From: Octopus sinensis
Lineage: Eukaryota
Direction: 5' to 3'
DNA length: 64,000 bases
Assembly (NCBI RefSeq): GCF_006345805.1
Contig: NC_042998.1
Coordinates: forward strand, 85,498,001-85,562,000
Both the position numbers and the translations under genes were made by a program. The notes beneath the pieces are model-generated. The model saw only the letters and a program-made list of their open reading frames with translations. It did no database searches and was not told the DNA's origin. Shown here in pieces: positions 13,516 through 26,771 of this stretch. Numbering within the stretch: position 1 is the first letter of the stretch; every line of letters begins with the position of its first letter.

Positions 13516-14180
13516 AGTGTCCACTATGTGGTCGCTCTTGCGCTAAAAATAGATCCACAATGGTCTCAACCACCAAGAATTGTTCCCAAGGAGAATTAGC
13601 ACAACTATGAACGTAAACGAGCAGGACAAATGAAAAATAACAACAATGTAGATTAATTCTGGACAATTGTTTCGCTGTTAATGGATTATGCAATGTTACT
13701 TACATAATATATTTGCAGCTCTTCAGTAGAATTTGTCGTGAATACAATTTACTGAACCGCACGCCAGATTTTATCATAAAGCTAAACACACGTGTGGTTC
13801 AGTATATTATATTCGCAGTTATGATTCGAATGCCCTCGTTATAGCGCAACAAAATTCCCGGAAACAGATACTGCATAAATAATTTACTGCAGTATAATTA
13901 AAATCAAAAATAAGGGTGAAAAAATTGGATATTAATTTAATAATAACATCAATTTAACACCAAGTGGTTTAGCGCATAAAAACCTGGGGTACAGTAAAAA
14001 TTAATACACAAATATAAGAGAGTGTCCACTATGTGGTCGCTCTTGCGCTAAAAATAGATCCACAATGGTCTCAACCACCAAGAATTGTTCCCAAGGAGAA
14101 TTAGCACAACTATGAACGTAAACGAGCAGGACAAATGAAAAATAACAACAATGTAGATTAATTCTAGACAATTGTTTCGC
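13516..14180. repeat. 160-bp direct repeat pair (13516-13675 and 14021-14180)
   Basis: The copies are identical except for one g/a mismatch (ttctGgac / ttctAgac). Confidence 0.95.
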
Positions 14181-14379
14181 GGCTCAGTGGTTACTGATGA
14201 GGTTGACTTATTCTTCTTTTCGGATTATGGCTGCTGTTGCTTAGTGAGTGGATTGACTCAGTGCACAGCCTTACTCATTTAAAAAAAATCTTCTTGCACA
14301 GGCTTTGCACGATAACAATATGATTAAGCTTCGTGCAATGGCCATACCCGAAAACGAGGGTGCAGCCACCATATAAAGA

Positions 14380-14446
14380 TATATATATATATATATATAT
14401 AAAGATATATATATATATAATATATAATAAAATATATATAATATAT

Positions 14447-14530
<84 letters not shown>

Positions 14531-14690
14531 TAAATATATATATATAATATAATAAAATATTATATAATATATATATATAATATATATATANNNNNNNNNN
14601 NNNNNNNNNNNNNNNNNNNNNNNNNNNNNNNNNNNNNNNNNNNNNNNNNNNNNNNNNNNNNNNNNNNNNNNNNNNNNNNNNNNNNNNNNN
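14380..14690. other. Long imperfect (TA)n running into a 100-N assembly gap (14591-14690)
   Basis: Directly visible. Confidence 0.99.
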
Positions 14691-15819
14691 AAAAAGAAAA
14701 AGTTTGCAAAATTAATTCTGTGATATGAAATGTTATCTTTTGCTGCATATTAGTAATTATCCAAAATTATAGAGCTTGGCACAGTCCTGTAGTTCACCAG
14801 CTCCTATCAAACCATTCAACTCATGCCAACCTGGAAAACAGACATTAAATGATGATGATGATGATGATGATTCATGGCCTTCTCTTATAATATCCTCTAT
14901 TAAATTAATCTATAACAGCTTATACATTAGATATATAGTTAAGTACTGAATATTCATATTTATGCCTAAAATACATTCTTACAGTTCATTAAATTACTCC
15001 CCTTACATCGTAAGAACATAAAATCATAAATTTTCCCCATTAAATCGATAGGTTTTCCAATATTCTATTTATCATAAAACCCATACAAGCTACTCACACT
15101 GCAAACTAATTCTAAAATGTGATCACTCAGTCTAACTTCACACATTTCCTTAAAATATCTGTGAACTAGCTAACGGTAATTTAGCTAGTTCATTACAAAT
15201 CCCATTACTTGTTATGTGTATTTCTTTCATTTATCGTACATATTTCTGCTTAATTAATGATATACCATGAGAGTTAATAAGCCTTCCTGTTAGATAATAA
15301 CTTTTTAATATTCCTACATATTTTAATGAAATAGAGTTTTACAACTCAGTAAATTATTCCCCATACAGTCTTCCCTTCTGAGGAAAGTGTGTTCAATTTT
15401 CATTCATTAAATATTTCTTGATATATTTCCCAATCTTCTCATCTTAATTAAGGCATTTGGTTTAGTGGTGAAGGTGTTGGACTCACAATTTAAAGTTATG
15501 GTTTGATTCCCAGGCTGGGTGGTATGTTGTATTTAACCTACTCAGCTGAAAATGAGTACCATTGTCAGTGGTGGTGGGGTTAACCCTGCAATAGGCTAAT
15601 AAGGTCCTGTTTAGGGGAAAGTATTGTGCTTTTCGTCATTTATATTCTATGGAGCCTGGGATAAGCTCTGGCCTAATGAGCTTGAAGACTCATGAAAACC
15701 TTTAACTGAATGATCTTACTATTCAGTTAATCTCATTTTCAATTCTATATATTCCTGAGATGAGGAATTTATAGATTATATATTAGTTGGAGTGATGTCC
15801 TCATCTTGATTGGACACCA

Positions 15820-16072
15820 GCTCTTCCAAACATGAAAATGCAGCTCAAAGGTTGCTTTAACACTGTTGTCAAGATAAAGAGCAATTCACAGAAGGTCCTT
15901 GACTCATTTATGGAAAACGACTTCAAGGCCAGATTCCAAAAGTGTCAGGAATGCTGGGACCAGTGCATTGCTGCAGGAGGTGACTATTTCAAAGGAGATG
16001 GTATTAAAACTTAGGTAAATAAGTTATTTTTTATTAAACATAACTAGTCTGAGAACCTTTTGATACCACCTC
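15820..16072 (+). mobile_element. Mariner transposase 3' remnant with probable right end
   Basis: LKG.FNTVVKIK.NSQKVLDS..ENDFKARFQKCQECWDQCIAAGGDYFKGD is a mariner C-terminus. Confidence 0.8.
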
Positions 16073-16567
16073 GAATATCTATGACAAAAACAGGAAAAAT
16101 CTAACATTTCACTTTATACCTTTTATCAAAGAGAAGGAAAAGTACTAAGAGAAGCAAGAGAAAAAGAAACGATGCCAAATGTGCATGTTTACTTGGTGGG
16201 CCTAGTAGAAACACACACATCCCTCCTTTACTATTCCCCTCTCACTATCTCACCTACCCATTCTTCACCATACCAGCACCCTTACTAGATCCCACACCCA
16301 ATACTACATACCTTGGTTATTCAGTAGTACCTCTTTGAATTCCATCTGCTAACTTAAATGCCCTTCTGAAACTCTTTGTATGTTGACCAGGCTGGCTGAT
16401 CATTTCATAGTTGCAAGCAATACCTCTGAGACATCTAACTTGGCAATGAATTACCAATCTCACGACATTTCTATTCTGTGGATCACTCTAAGTGTTATCT
16501 CTCCATTTTAAGTCTCACCCTACATACCAGATCATTGAACTCTTGTCTGTATAGAACTAAAATTTAT

Positions 16568-16691
16568 CTTTTATTCAAACTTTTGTCTTCTAAGTTCTCA
16601 ATACCCATCCTCTTTTTCTTCAACTTTCTCTTTTATTCAAACTTTTGTCTTCTAAGTTCTCAATACCCATCCTCTTTTTCTTCAACTTTCT
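16568..16691. repeat. Perfect tandem duplication, 2 x 62 bp
   Basis: cttttattcaaac...cttcaactttct occurs at 16568-16629 and 16630-16691. Confidence 0.95.
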
Positions 16692-18619
16692 AACACTTTT
16701 CTTTAACCCAAATCACCTCGCATGCATATATCATACACAAATACTCTCACTCACACCATAATTATGCAACTCGCATGCCACAACACACAAATATGCACAC
16801 AGAAGGCCTCTTAAACACAGACACACACACACTCGTGCTCATTCACTGCAAAAAATATACATACATTCTAAAACATACACTACACAGATGCACACATTAA
16901 AATCAATATGCACACAATTAGACAGTAAACACAGGCACACATATGCACACACATCCACACTGGTAACACAGGTTCATAACCAAAAAGTGATACACATAAA
17001 AACTACTGCAAACTCATGCATTCAGCTTGCACAGACACACACATACACGCATTCAACTTGCACATATACACACACATTAAAATCATACATGCAGCATACA
17101 GCACACACATGCACGCACACGCACACAACAACAACAAAACCACACAGCATATACTTTTCTACTCTTTTATTCTTTTACTTATTTCAGTCATTTGACTGGC
17201 CATGCTGGAGCACCACCTTTAGTCAAACAAATCAGCCCCAGGACTTATTCGTTGTAAGCCTAGCACTTATTCTATCGGTCTCTTTTGCTAAAGTGTTAAG
17301 TTAGGGGGATGTAAACACACCAACATTGGTTGTCAAGTGATGGTGGGGGGGGGGACAAACACAGACACATACAAACATATATACATACATGCATACATAC
17401 ATATACATGATGGGCTTCTTTCAGTTTCCATCTACCAAATCCGCTCACAAGGCTTTGGTTGGCCCAAGGCTGTAGTAGAAGACACTTGCCCAAGGTGTCA
17501 CGCAGTGGGACTGAACCTGAAACCATGTGATTGGGAAGCAAGCTTCTTGCCACACAGCCACTACTGCACTTATATGAATATATATCACAGCCCAAAAATT
17601 AAGAAGAATAATACACACATTTCTAAAGCAATTAGAAACACACACACACACACATACCCAAACAGTTTCCACATAGACATGCAATTTCATCCACTGTGCT
17701 ACCAACTCGGCTCTCCTTCTCTCTTGTGTATGCAACTTTATTTAATCTCTCACTTCTGGTCATTTTTCAAATGGCTCTAATATGAGACACATATGTTACC
17801 ATATTTGTCTTTGTAATAATTTTTCTTTTTCTCTTGGCCTATCTGTTTTTTCTTATGATTGCAGAGTAAGAAAGGAATTCAGTTTATATAAACCATATAT
17901 TTGATAACATATATTTGACAAAAATCAACATTGAATACTCACACACACACAAATTATTTGGTCTTAATGAAATGGCAAGTGGGTTACTTGTAATATAACT
18001 TAAAATTACATAATCATTGTTTACATTCATGGTTATAATATATCTGACCCATCTGCTGTTGAAGCAGTTGTAACCTAGGAATAAATGCAATGCTAATACT
18101 TCCATTGGGAAGGCGGTGAGCTGGCAGAATCGTTCGCATCCTGGGCAAAAGTGCTTAGTGACATTTCATCCATATTTACATTCTGAGTTTAAAATCCACT
18201 GAGGTCGAATTTGCTTTTCATCTTTTTGGGGTCAATAAAATAATTACCAGTTGAGAACTGGGATCAGTGTAATTGACTTACCTCTCCTTTGAGATTGCTG
18301 AACTTGTGACCAAATTTGAAACTAATATTGACACCTCCAACATAATTCTCAGTGTGGTTCAGTGTATAATGTAGCTGGACTTTTGAAGTACAGTTACAAT
18401 CTATCTGACAGGCTTCAGTATAGTTTTGATCTAACCATTGCTTTACACAAATTATGAGTGGACCCGAGACTAAAGAAAATGAAATTTGCTCAAGATGCCA
18501 CTCAATGGAATTGAACGCAGGACCTTGTTGTTGCTAAGAGATAAGATATGATTGGATATTCTCGATGTATGACAATAAAACCACATAGGTTGTGGTTCTA
18601 ATGTTAAACATGTTAAACT

Positions 18620-18966
18620 TCCACTGCCACTTGTACACATAGGTTGACCATGTCCAAGGGTGGGCACAGCAATGATATATGTTCCACTTAAGAAGCATTC
18701 AGTCCACACTGTAAAGTGGTTGGCATTTGGAAGGGCATCCAGCTGTGAAAACCATGCCAAAACTGACCTCGCCAATGTTGGTGCCATATAGAAAGCACTT
18801 GGCCCACTCTGTAGAGTGGTTGATGTTGGGAAGGTTATCCAGATGTAAAAAACCATGCCAAAATAGACACAGAAGTCTGGTGCAGGCTTCCGCCTTGCCA
18901 GCTCCTGTCAAACCATCCAACCCATGCGAGCATGGAAGGTGGATGTTAAACGATGATGATGATGAT
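18620..18966 (+). mobile_element. RTE tail copy/copies
   Basis: Two 'gtggttg..(a/g)gg..atcca' units and a terminal 'catggaaggtggatgttaaac(gat)n'. Confidence 0.7.
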
Positions 18967-19019
18967 GAAATATATATATGTGTGTATATAATATATATAT
19001 ATATATATATCGCCATGAT

Positions 19020-19198
19020 AGATCGGTAGCCACTACACACATTTTTTTTTTCTCTCCTTGTTTCTTTCTGTGTTCCTTTCTGTGGAAGTGTGTAGGCTCG
19101 AAACATAAAAGACTTTTTCAATTCCTGATCGTTATACTAATACATCTGTTTGTTTTCTACACCACCTGTCTTCCTTTTTGGTTTTTTTTGTGAATTCT

Positions 19199-19200
<2 letters not shown>
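19020..19200 (+). mobile_element. Penelope-like-type short repeat with a degenerate hammerhead-like motif; an inverted second copy lies at ~21050-21180
   Basis: cttt CTGTGGA a gtgt gtag gctc GAAAC ata aaag (19076-19111); the minus strand at 21097-21132 reads cttt CTGTTGA a gagc gtag gctt GAAAC ata aaag. Confidence 0.45.
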
Positions 19201-19242
<42 letters not shown>

Positions 19243-20126
19243 TGAGAGAGAGCTACAGCACTAAAGATGTATTCTTTATATGATGTATTAGAGATTCATT
19301 CATTTTATTTTCTTTACATAGACATTGTTACCATAACATTAAGTAATTTAATTAATTTTTAATGTTCTTATGGAGAACTCTCAGCAAGGAATATCTTGGT
19401 TTTAGATGAATTGAAATTTGTACTATACAACACGTTAGTCTGTTATCTGTATGTAAATATGTGTGTGTGTGTATGTATATAGTAATAGAAAATAATCTGA
19501 GCAAGACAATAAATATATGTATATTCATGTATATTGTTTTTTTTTTATGTTTTAGTCTGGAGGGGAGGCAGTGCTCATGACCCATAACAGATCCTCTGAG
19601 ACTAATGGAAAGAAGTGGTGGTGTGTGTGTGGTGGTGGGGGGGTCACAAACCAGGAACCTGCCTGTGTCCACTCTGTTGTAAGAATTTTGTTTCCAGAAA
19701 GAGGGAACTCCACTAAAAGCACCAAAAGTGCTTTTAGGTGCAAATGCAGTGGTTGACATTAGGAAGGACATCTGGCCATAGAAACTATGTCAGGACAGGC
19801 ATTGGAACCTGGTGGCTTATGTAACCCTGGCAATGGGTTAAAAAATCCATAAAGGGATTTGAACTCAGAACATAAATAGCCAGAAGAAATTCTATCCATA
19901 CAGTCCACCTAATCCACCACATTAGATTCATAAATTATTTTTATCAGCTCTGAAAGGACGAAAGACAAAATTGATCTCAGTGGGATTTGAACTCAGGAGT
20001 GCAGATAGTCAAAACAAATGCCACAAAGTATTCTGTCTGATGCTCAAATGACTGCTCTGTGTTTATATGTGTGTATGTGTGCACATTTAAATGTATCTGT
20101 CTAACTATCCATCTCTTTCTCTGTGT

Positions 20127-20170
<44 letters not shown>

Positions 20171-20383
20171 GCTACTATTCTTAATATTATTTGTTAATTA
20201 ATTGCCCCAAGCTTCATATTTTACAGTTTTATTGAGCATTCTCATTAATTTGTTTTGCATAATAAAATTATCCTTAGTACTACTGGAATGTTTTTATTCA
20301 TTTATGTAATGTACACACACACAAGTTATATATCTTATAAATGTACATCTAATATGCTTGTATTTCATTTATGCTATCAAATA

Positions 20384-20423
<40 letters not shown>

Positions 20424-20427
20424 TACA

Positions 20428-20643
20428 CAAGGAGGTGCTGAAAAGTTCCTGGCTCTAAGTGTTTTGTGAAAGGCCTGGTTGGAGACCCAACCTTCCCAGT
20501 TCTTATACAGGGTTTAGAAAACTGAAGGATTGCTGCAATAAGTGTGTGAATTTGAGAGGGGCACATGTTCAATAAAATCATAACTAACTGATCCTCCTGT
20601 ATTTTCTTTTACCGAAAACCAGATACTTTACAGCACTTCCTTG
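20428..20643 (+). mobile_element. Non-autonomous mariner derivative (~216 bp); second copy at 42831-43046 (-)
   Basis: TIR-like ends caaggaggtgctgaaaagttcctgg / ccagatactttacagcacttccttg, TA on the right flank, and an internal CNKCVNLRG.HVQ* mariner C-terminal remnant. Confidence 0.75.
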
Positions 20644-21193
20644 TATATATATCATATTTGATGGCATAAGCAAAACAAGCATATTAGACGCACCCCAATT
20701 TCAGTGGCACATATTTAGTGAAAAAATGTTTTTAGTAGATTAAAGCATGTAATATAGGCCTGACTTTGCATAGGACCTGAGGAAATTTTTTGGGGGACAT
20801 TTTTCAATCTTTTGGAAAAAAAAGTGCATTTTATATACCATTAAATACAGTATATTATTTATTTGTATTTAATATGCATATATATATAAGGAAGCAACTG
20901 TTATGTGCACTTTGAGGAACAGGTATAGCCCTGTTTGTGTATCTGTTTGAACCATTCCATGTATGCATAAGGAAAACAGATGGATGGTAATAATGTTATC
21001 AGTGGTGATAGTAGCAATGCAGCTGTTGATGATGATAGAAGAACAGAAGATGAAGACAGGTGTATAACAGTTTAGCGCTCAGGAAGGTGAAAAAGTCTTT
21101 TATGTTTCAAGCCTACGCTCTTCAACAGAAAGGAACACGAGGAAATAAACAGAGAGAGAATAAACAAAGTTTTTGTAGTTAGCAGTCACAGAG

Positions 21194-21443
21194 CAGCGGT
21201 TCTCAACCAGGATCCACATGACCCTTGGAGGTCCATGTAAGATTTAGTCGCTAAAAATTATGTGCAATAAATCAGTTACACTTCTACAATATACAGAATA
21301 TTTTAACAATTTTGTTTTTGACAGTTCCTAATAATATTCAATCATAAAAATATAATGGGATTTTTTAAACATTGAACGGCTATGGGAGTCCAGGAGAGTA
21401 AAATAAGAATCTAAGGCAAAAAAAAAATGGTTGATAATCACTA
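21194..21443. mobile_element. hAT (Charlie-like) MITE
   Basis: TIRs cagcggttctcaacc / ggttgataatcacta; 8-bp TSD tcacagag / ttacagag. Confidence 0.75.
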
Positions 21444-21536
21444 TTACAGAGGAACTGTTTCTGTTGCAAACATGTATTAAAAGCATTGTGTTCTAGATGT
21501 GCCCTGGTTTGGGTTTTTTTTAAATTTTTATATTAA

Positions 21537-21745
21537 CCCTTTTGTTACTGTATTTATTTTGAGATGCTCTGTGTTTCTTTTAATTATTTTAAATATAACA
21601 AAAAGTTTAGTAAAATAACTTAGTTATCATTCAGCTAGTGTTAGGAACATAAATTGTGACTAAGGTTTGGTGGAAGATTTTTATGTAAACAAGGCATTTG
21701 TACTCATAGCCACAGTCGGTTTCAGCTAGGTAGGTAACGAAAGGG
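21537..21745. mobile_element. piggyBac-type MITE
   Basis: TTAA|cccttttgttac ... gtaacgaaaggg|TTAA. Confidence 0.85.
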
Positions 21746-22010
21746 TTAAGGTTCTGTTCACATATGACGCTACAATCTCATTACACTTGTCTATTATAAA
21801 ATAGCAACAGCATATACTAACACCAACTACTCCAATTTGATGATAAGACTGTGACAGTCTCTACCTAGGAACTTTACTGTCCTAAACAAACCAAAAACAG
21901 CTTATAAAGAGATATGGAAGAAAAATAACTTAATAAAAAAGATAAAACTGGAATACAATCATGGTTCCTACAATATGGAAAAAGAAAAACTGCTTTCCAA
22001 TATATATATG

Positions 22011-22063
<53 letters not shown>

Positions 22064-22093
22064 TGTGTGTGTGTATGTATATAATATGTTGTG

Positions 22094-22162
<69 letters not shown>

Positions 22163-22454
22163 GATATAGACACGCATATGCATACGTGCACATACAATTA
22201 TGCTTTCTATACTACATGTATGAAAGAAATATTGTTATCCATATATGTAAAAATGTAAATGTGTGTATGTGTGTGTACACACACATACATACAATTAGAA
22301 AAGAAAAATAGAAAAAATTGCTTTTAAACCATTTCTTTGTCTTAATATTGTCTGCAGTGTTCTAAACACTCTTATTACTCAATTATTCACAGATAAACAA
22401 TTTTCTTTGTGTAGATCAATTATGTGTAATGTTTCGTCTGGAATCTATTTTGGC

Positions 22455-23810
22455 ATTTTTTATCATCATGAACACCATCGTCATCATCATCATCATCTTC
22501 ATCATCATTGTCATCACCACCACAATCATCATCAACATCCTCATCATCATCATCATCACCGCCTCCACCAACATCATAATCACCTGTAACAACACCATTG
22601 TCATCGTTATCATCAACATCATCACTGTTGCTACCACCACCACCATCATCATCATTATGTCTGTCATCATCATTGCCTTCATATTTCTAAATGTATTTGT
22701 CATCAGTTTTGTAAATATAGTACTTCTTCTACCTCCACCACCATCACCACCAATTCTGCAAGAAATGCATGATTGTCTCAACTTTCTTTTCATAAGTATC
22801 TGTGGTTTTGAAGCCTTCATGAAAATTATTTGATGCTGTTGACATTGATGTTGCTATTTATCGATTAGTGTGAAGAGGAAAGAACATTGTTTTGTGTTAT
22901 TATGTAATCCTCTAGCAGTTCCCTTCTTCTAACCCTCGCTATATCCCAAACCCCCACCACATGGTTGACAGAGCAGGTATCAAATTAATGTTCTGAGGTT
23001 GATTCAGTTTATGATTTCTGTGTACTTGCGCCTTGTCAAAGGAAAATTGTTATCTTTGTCTTCATCTACTTCAACATCATTATCATTATCGTCATCATCA
23101 TCATATTTGTTATCATTATTGTCTGCTCATCAATTTTGTCATCATTGCCACCTTTATTATCATTATTGCAGTCATCAGCATCCTCTTCATCATCATCATC
23201 ATCGTTGCTGTCACCTTTATTATTTTTGCTGTCATCATTATCATCATTGTCATCTTTCCCTTCCTCCTCCTCCTCATTGTCATTGTCATCACATCATCAT
23301 TGTGGTTCTCATCATCTTCACCTTCATGATCACAATCATCATCATAATCTGTATGGGCATGCTCCCTTGAATCATACCTCAACATCTTAAAAAAAAGGAA
23401 AAGAAACATGTTAAACTAAGCAGTCCTCAGTATATCTGAAAAGAAAGCCAGTATGGTCCCAGTTAGAATGGTTTTGATCATAAATCTCCTGGATCAGAGC
23501 TGAACTTGGGCTGCTTGCCACCATTGTCATCAACATCATCATCATCGCTATCATTATCTTCATCATCACCACCATAAACATCATGTTCTTTCCTATTATC
23601 ATCATCATCATCTCTCCTACTAATATTATCACCATCATCATCACCATTACAAATACCACCACCACCATCATCATCATTAATGCCACCATTGCCATCCCCA
23701 CCATCATCACCACTCCTACCACCATTGTCATCATCATCATCACTCCTATGACCATCACCTCCATCTTCATTTCTATCATCATCATAATCATCACCACCTT
23801 TACCATAATT
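22455..23810. repeat. Cryptic (CAT/CAC)n trinucleotide low-complexity blocks
   Basis: Three degenerate catcatcac tracts (~22455-22750, 23060-23350, 23520-23810) generate the poly-I/H/M ORFs. A similar tract lies at ~63480-63900. Confidence 0.9.
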
Positions 23811-24636
23811 TTTTTTCTTTTTTGGTTTACCTTGATACCCAACAAAAGCTCAATAACTAAAAATAGTCCCGATTTATTAAGTTGGTGTCGGCACAAAACA
23901 ACTGGCAAGCTTTAATTAGTTTTGTCTGACATTAAATAAAATTCTTCTCGTTCTTATTATGCTCTCTCTCTCTCTCACACTATCTCTCTCTTCTTTTTTC
24001 TCATTTGATTCAAATATTTTTCATCGCCCACACCTACACACATATATATATATACCCTTAACCTCATCAGTCTCCCACCCACAGCATGTTTGGTGAAAAG
24101 TTTGGCTTCTAGTTTCATGTTATAGCTTGCTAGCTTTTATAACCTTTTTTCTTTATGGAAAGCTGCAGAAAGGAAAAGTATTTGATTTCCACCATATTAT
24201 CACAGACAACAACAACAACAATGATAACTAATGAGAATTTTGTTGTTGTTAATTTTTCTTTGTATTTATCTTCATCCTCTCTCATCCTCTCTCTCATTTG
24301 TCTTTCCACGATGTCTCTCTCCCTCTTCCCCCTCTTCCCCACTTATTTTATCCTTACTTGCACCCCCTCTCTCACTTGCTGTTCTATCTCTCTAGTTATC
24401 TAGTTACCTCACTCACTCTCTCTCTCTAGCTTTTACCTGTTTCTCTCATTTCTCTTCCTCTCCCTCTTTTCTCCTTCCTCTCTCTTTTGCTCTCTCCTCT
24501 GTTTTGTTCTTGCTTGCCTCCTCCCTCTCTCTTACTGTTCTATCCTTCTTGTTATCTAATCCTCTCCCTCACTCTCTCAAACTTCTCTTCTTTCTTGCCC
24601 ACTCTTGTTTCTCTCTACACTTTATTACCTGTTCTT

Positions 24637-24684
<48 letters not shown>

Positions 24685-25146
24685 ATTCTTTTCTTTATAT
24701 TTTCTTCACATGACAACCTACTCTTACGATTTCTCCCTCTCTTCTCCTCCACCAAACCATGTTCTCTCATCAATATATTTTCTATTAATAGCTGCCCTCC
24801 CTTCTCAAAAAAAAAATGTTGAATATTTGCCAAAGAATACTATTTCAGAATTACTATGTTGTAGCAGTTAGCTAGGGAATCTGTACTCTCTCTCACTGTC
24901 TCTCTCTCTCCCTCTCTCTCCCTCTCCACTTCTGTAAATAGTTTGTCCGTGTGCTACTTTCAATATATCCATATCTGTGTTAGTATGGATTAACATAATT
25001 GTTAAATTGGTCTCCTTCTAGACAGTATTTCACATACACATGTACATTCAGTCACACACACCGACATATATTACACTTTTCTCCTCCATTCTCCTCCATT
25101 GTAAAATTACATACATACACACACACACACACCACCACACACACAC

Positions 25147-25221
<75 letters not shown>

Positions 25222-25622
25222 CATATATATATATATATATACACACACAGAGAGAGGCACAGGCATGGCTGTGTAAATAGTTGCTTCAAAACCATGTGGC
25301 CTTAGGTTCACTCTATCTGCATAGCACGTTGAGCAAATGCCTTCTACTAAAACTTCAACCCAACAAATTTCTTGTAAGAGGAAATGGTTGACAGAAACCA
25401 AATGGAAGACCATCATAACTGTGCATGCACACGTGTATGTGTGTGCACGCGCGTGTGGCTCCGTGTTGAAAAGTTTGCTTCCCAACCACATAGTTCTGGG
25501 TTCAGTCCCACTGTCTGACACCTTGGGTAACTGTCTTCTACTATGGCCTTAGACCAACCAAAGCCTTGTGAGTGTATTTGATAGGCAGAAACTGGAAGAA
25601 GCCCATTGTGTGTGTGTGTGTA

Positions 25623-26540
25623 TGCAGTAGTATCACTGGAAGACTAACAGAGAAAGTAGTCTTTACATGCAGCAAAAGATAGACCCCCTAAAATGTCTAC
25701 TGTCTATAACTTAGAAGTAGTAGACTGTTTCCATTACTTAGGTGACCAAGTTAGTAATGGGGGAAGTTGTTCTGAAAGCATAGCTGCTAGAATAAGAATA
25801 GGCTGGGCAAAGTTCAGAGAGATACTACCTCTATTAGTAATGAAGGGCTCTCAGAGTGAAAGGCAGATTGTATGGTGCCTGCTTATGAACAGCTATGCTA
25901 CATGGGTTGTGACTACTGAGGATATGCAAAGACTTGAAAAAAATGAAGCCAGTATACTCCGCTGGATGGATAATGTCATTGTGCATATATGATAGAGTGT
26001 AACTGATTTGAGAGGCATCAGATGTGTGCAAAAGAGAAGACTGTGCTGGTATGGTCATGTAATGTGTATGAATGAAGACAGTTTCATCAAGAGGTGCTGA
26101 TATCTAATTGTAGAGGGAACATGTAAAAGGGGTAGACCCAGGAAGAGGTAGGATGAAGTGGTGAGAAAGGATCTACAGACATTGGGACTGGCAGAGGGGA
26201 TGACAGGGGATTGAGACTCCTAACAGTTTGTTATGCTTAGAAAACCTTTCAAGTAAAAGCATGGTTGTCCTTGCATACAAGCTTGTCCCTGGCATCCCTC
26301 TCCAGCTGAGCATCCCTAATCTTGCAGGCTCATGAGTGCTGGTGCCATGTAAATGCATCTGTACTGGTGCTGAGTAAAAGCATCCAGTACACTCTGTAAA
26401 CTGGTTGGCGATAGGAAAGGCATCCAGCCATAGAAACCATGCCAAAACAGACCTGACTATCTAGCTCATCAGCTGGCCAGTTCCTGTCAAACCATCCAAC
26501 CCATGCCAACATAGAAAATGGATATTAAATGATGATGATG
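25623..26540 (+). mobile_element. 5'-truncated older RTE copy (end of PHD, thumb/C-terminus, tail)
   Basis: LEVVDCFHYLGDQVSNGGSCSESIAARIRIGWAKFREILPLL...; continues to GRPRK.WDEVV; ends ttaaa(tga)n. Confidence 0.85.
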
Positions 26541-26771
26541 TATATATATGTATGTGTGTCTGTGTTTGTTGCCCTACCATCACTTGACATTTGGCATCGA
26601 TGTGTTTACATCCCCCTTAGTAGTTCAGCTAAAGAGACTGATAGAAAAAGTACCAGGCTTAGAATAAATAATTACTGGAGTTGATTCATTCAACTAAAAT
26701 TCTTCAAGGCCAGTGTCCTAATATGGCTGTAGTCTTTTGATTGAAACAAGTAAAAGGTAAAAAATGCATAT

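Noticed and set aside
14196-14240. CTGATGA at ~14196 (also ~6502, 11378) as a hammerhead core
   Set aside because: No stem II or downstream GAAA.
22407-23915. Long poly-Ile/His/Met ORFs resembling membrane or His-rich proteins
   Set aside because: They are products of degenerate (CAT)n repeats open on both strands, with no splice or domain evidence.
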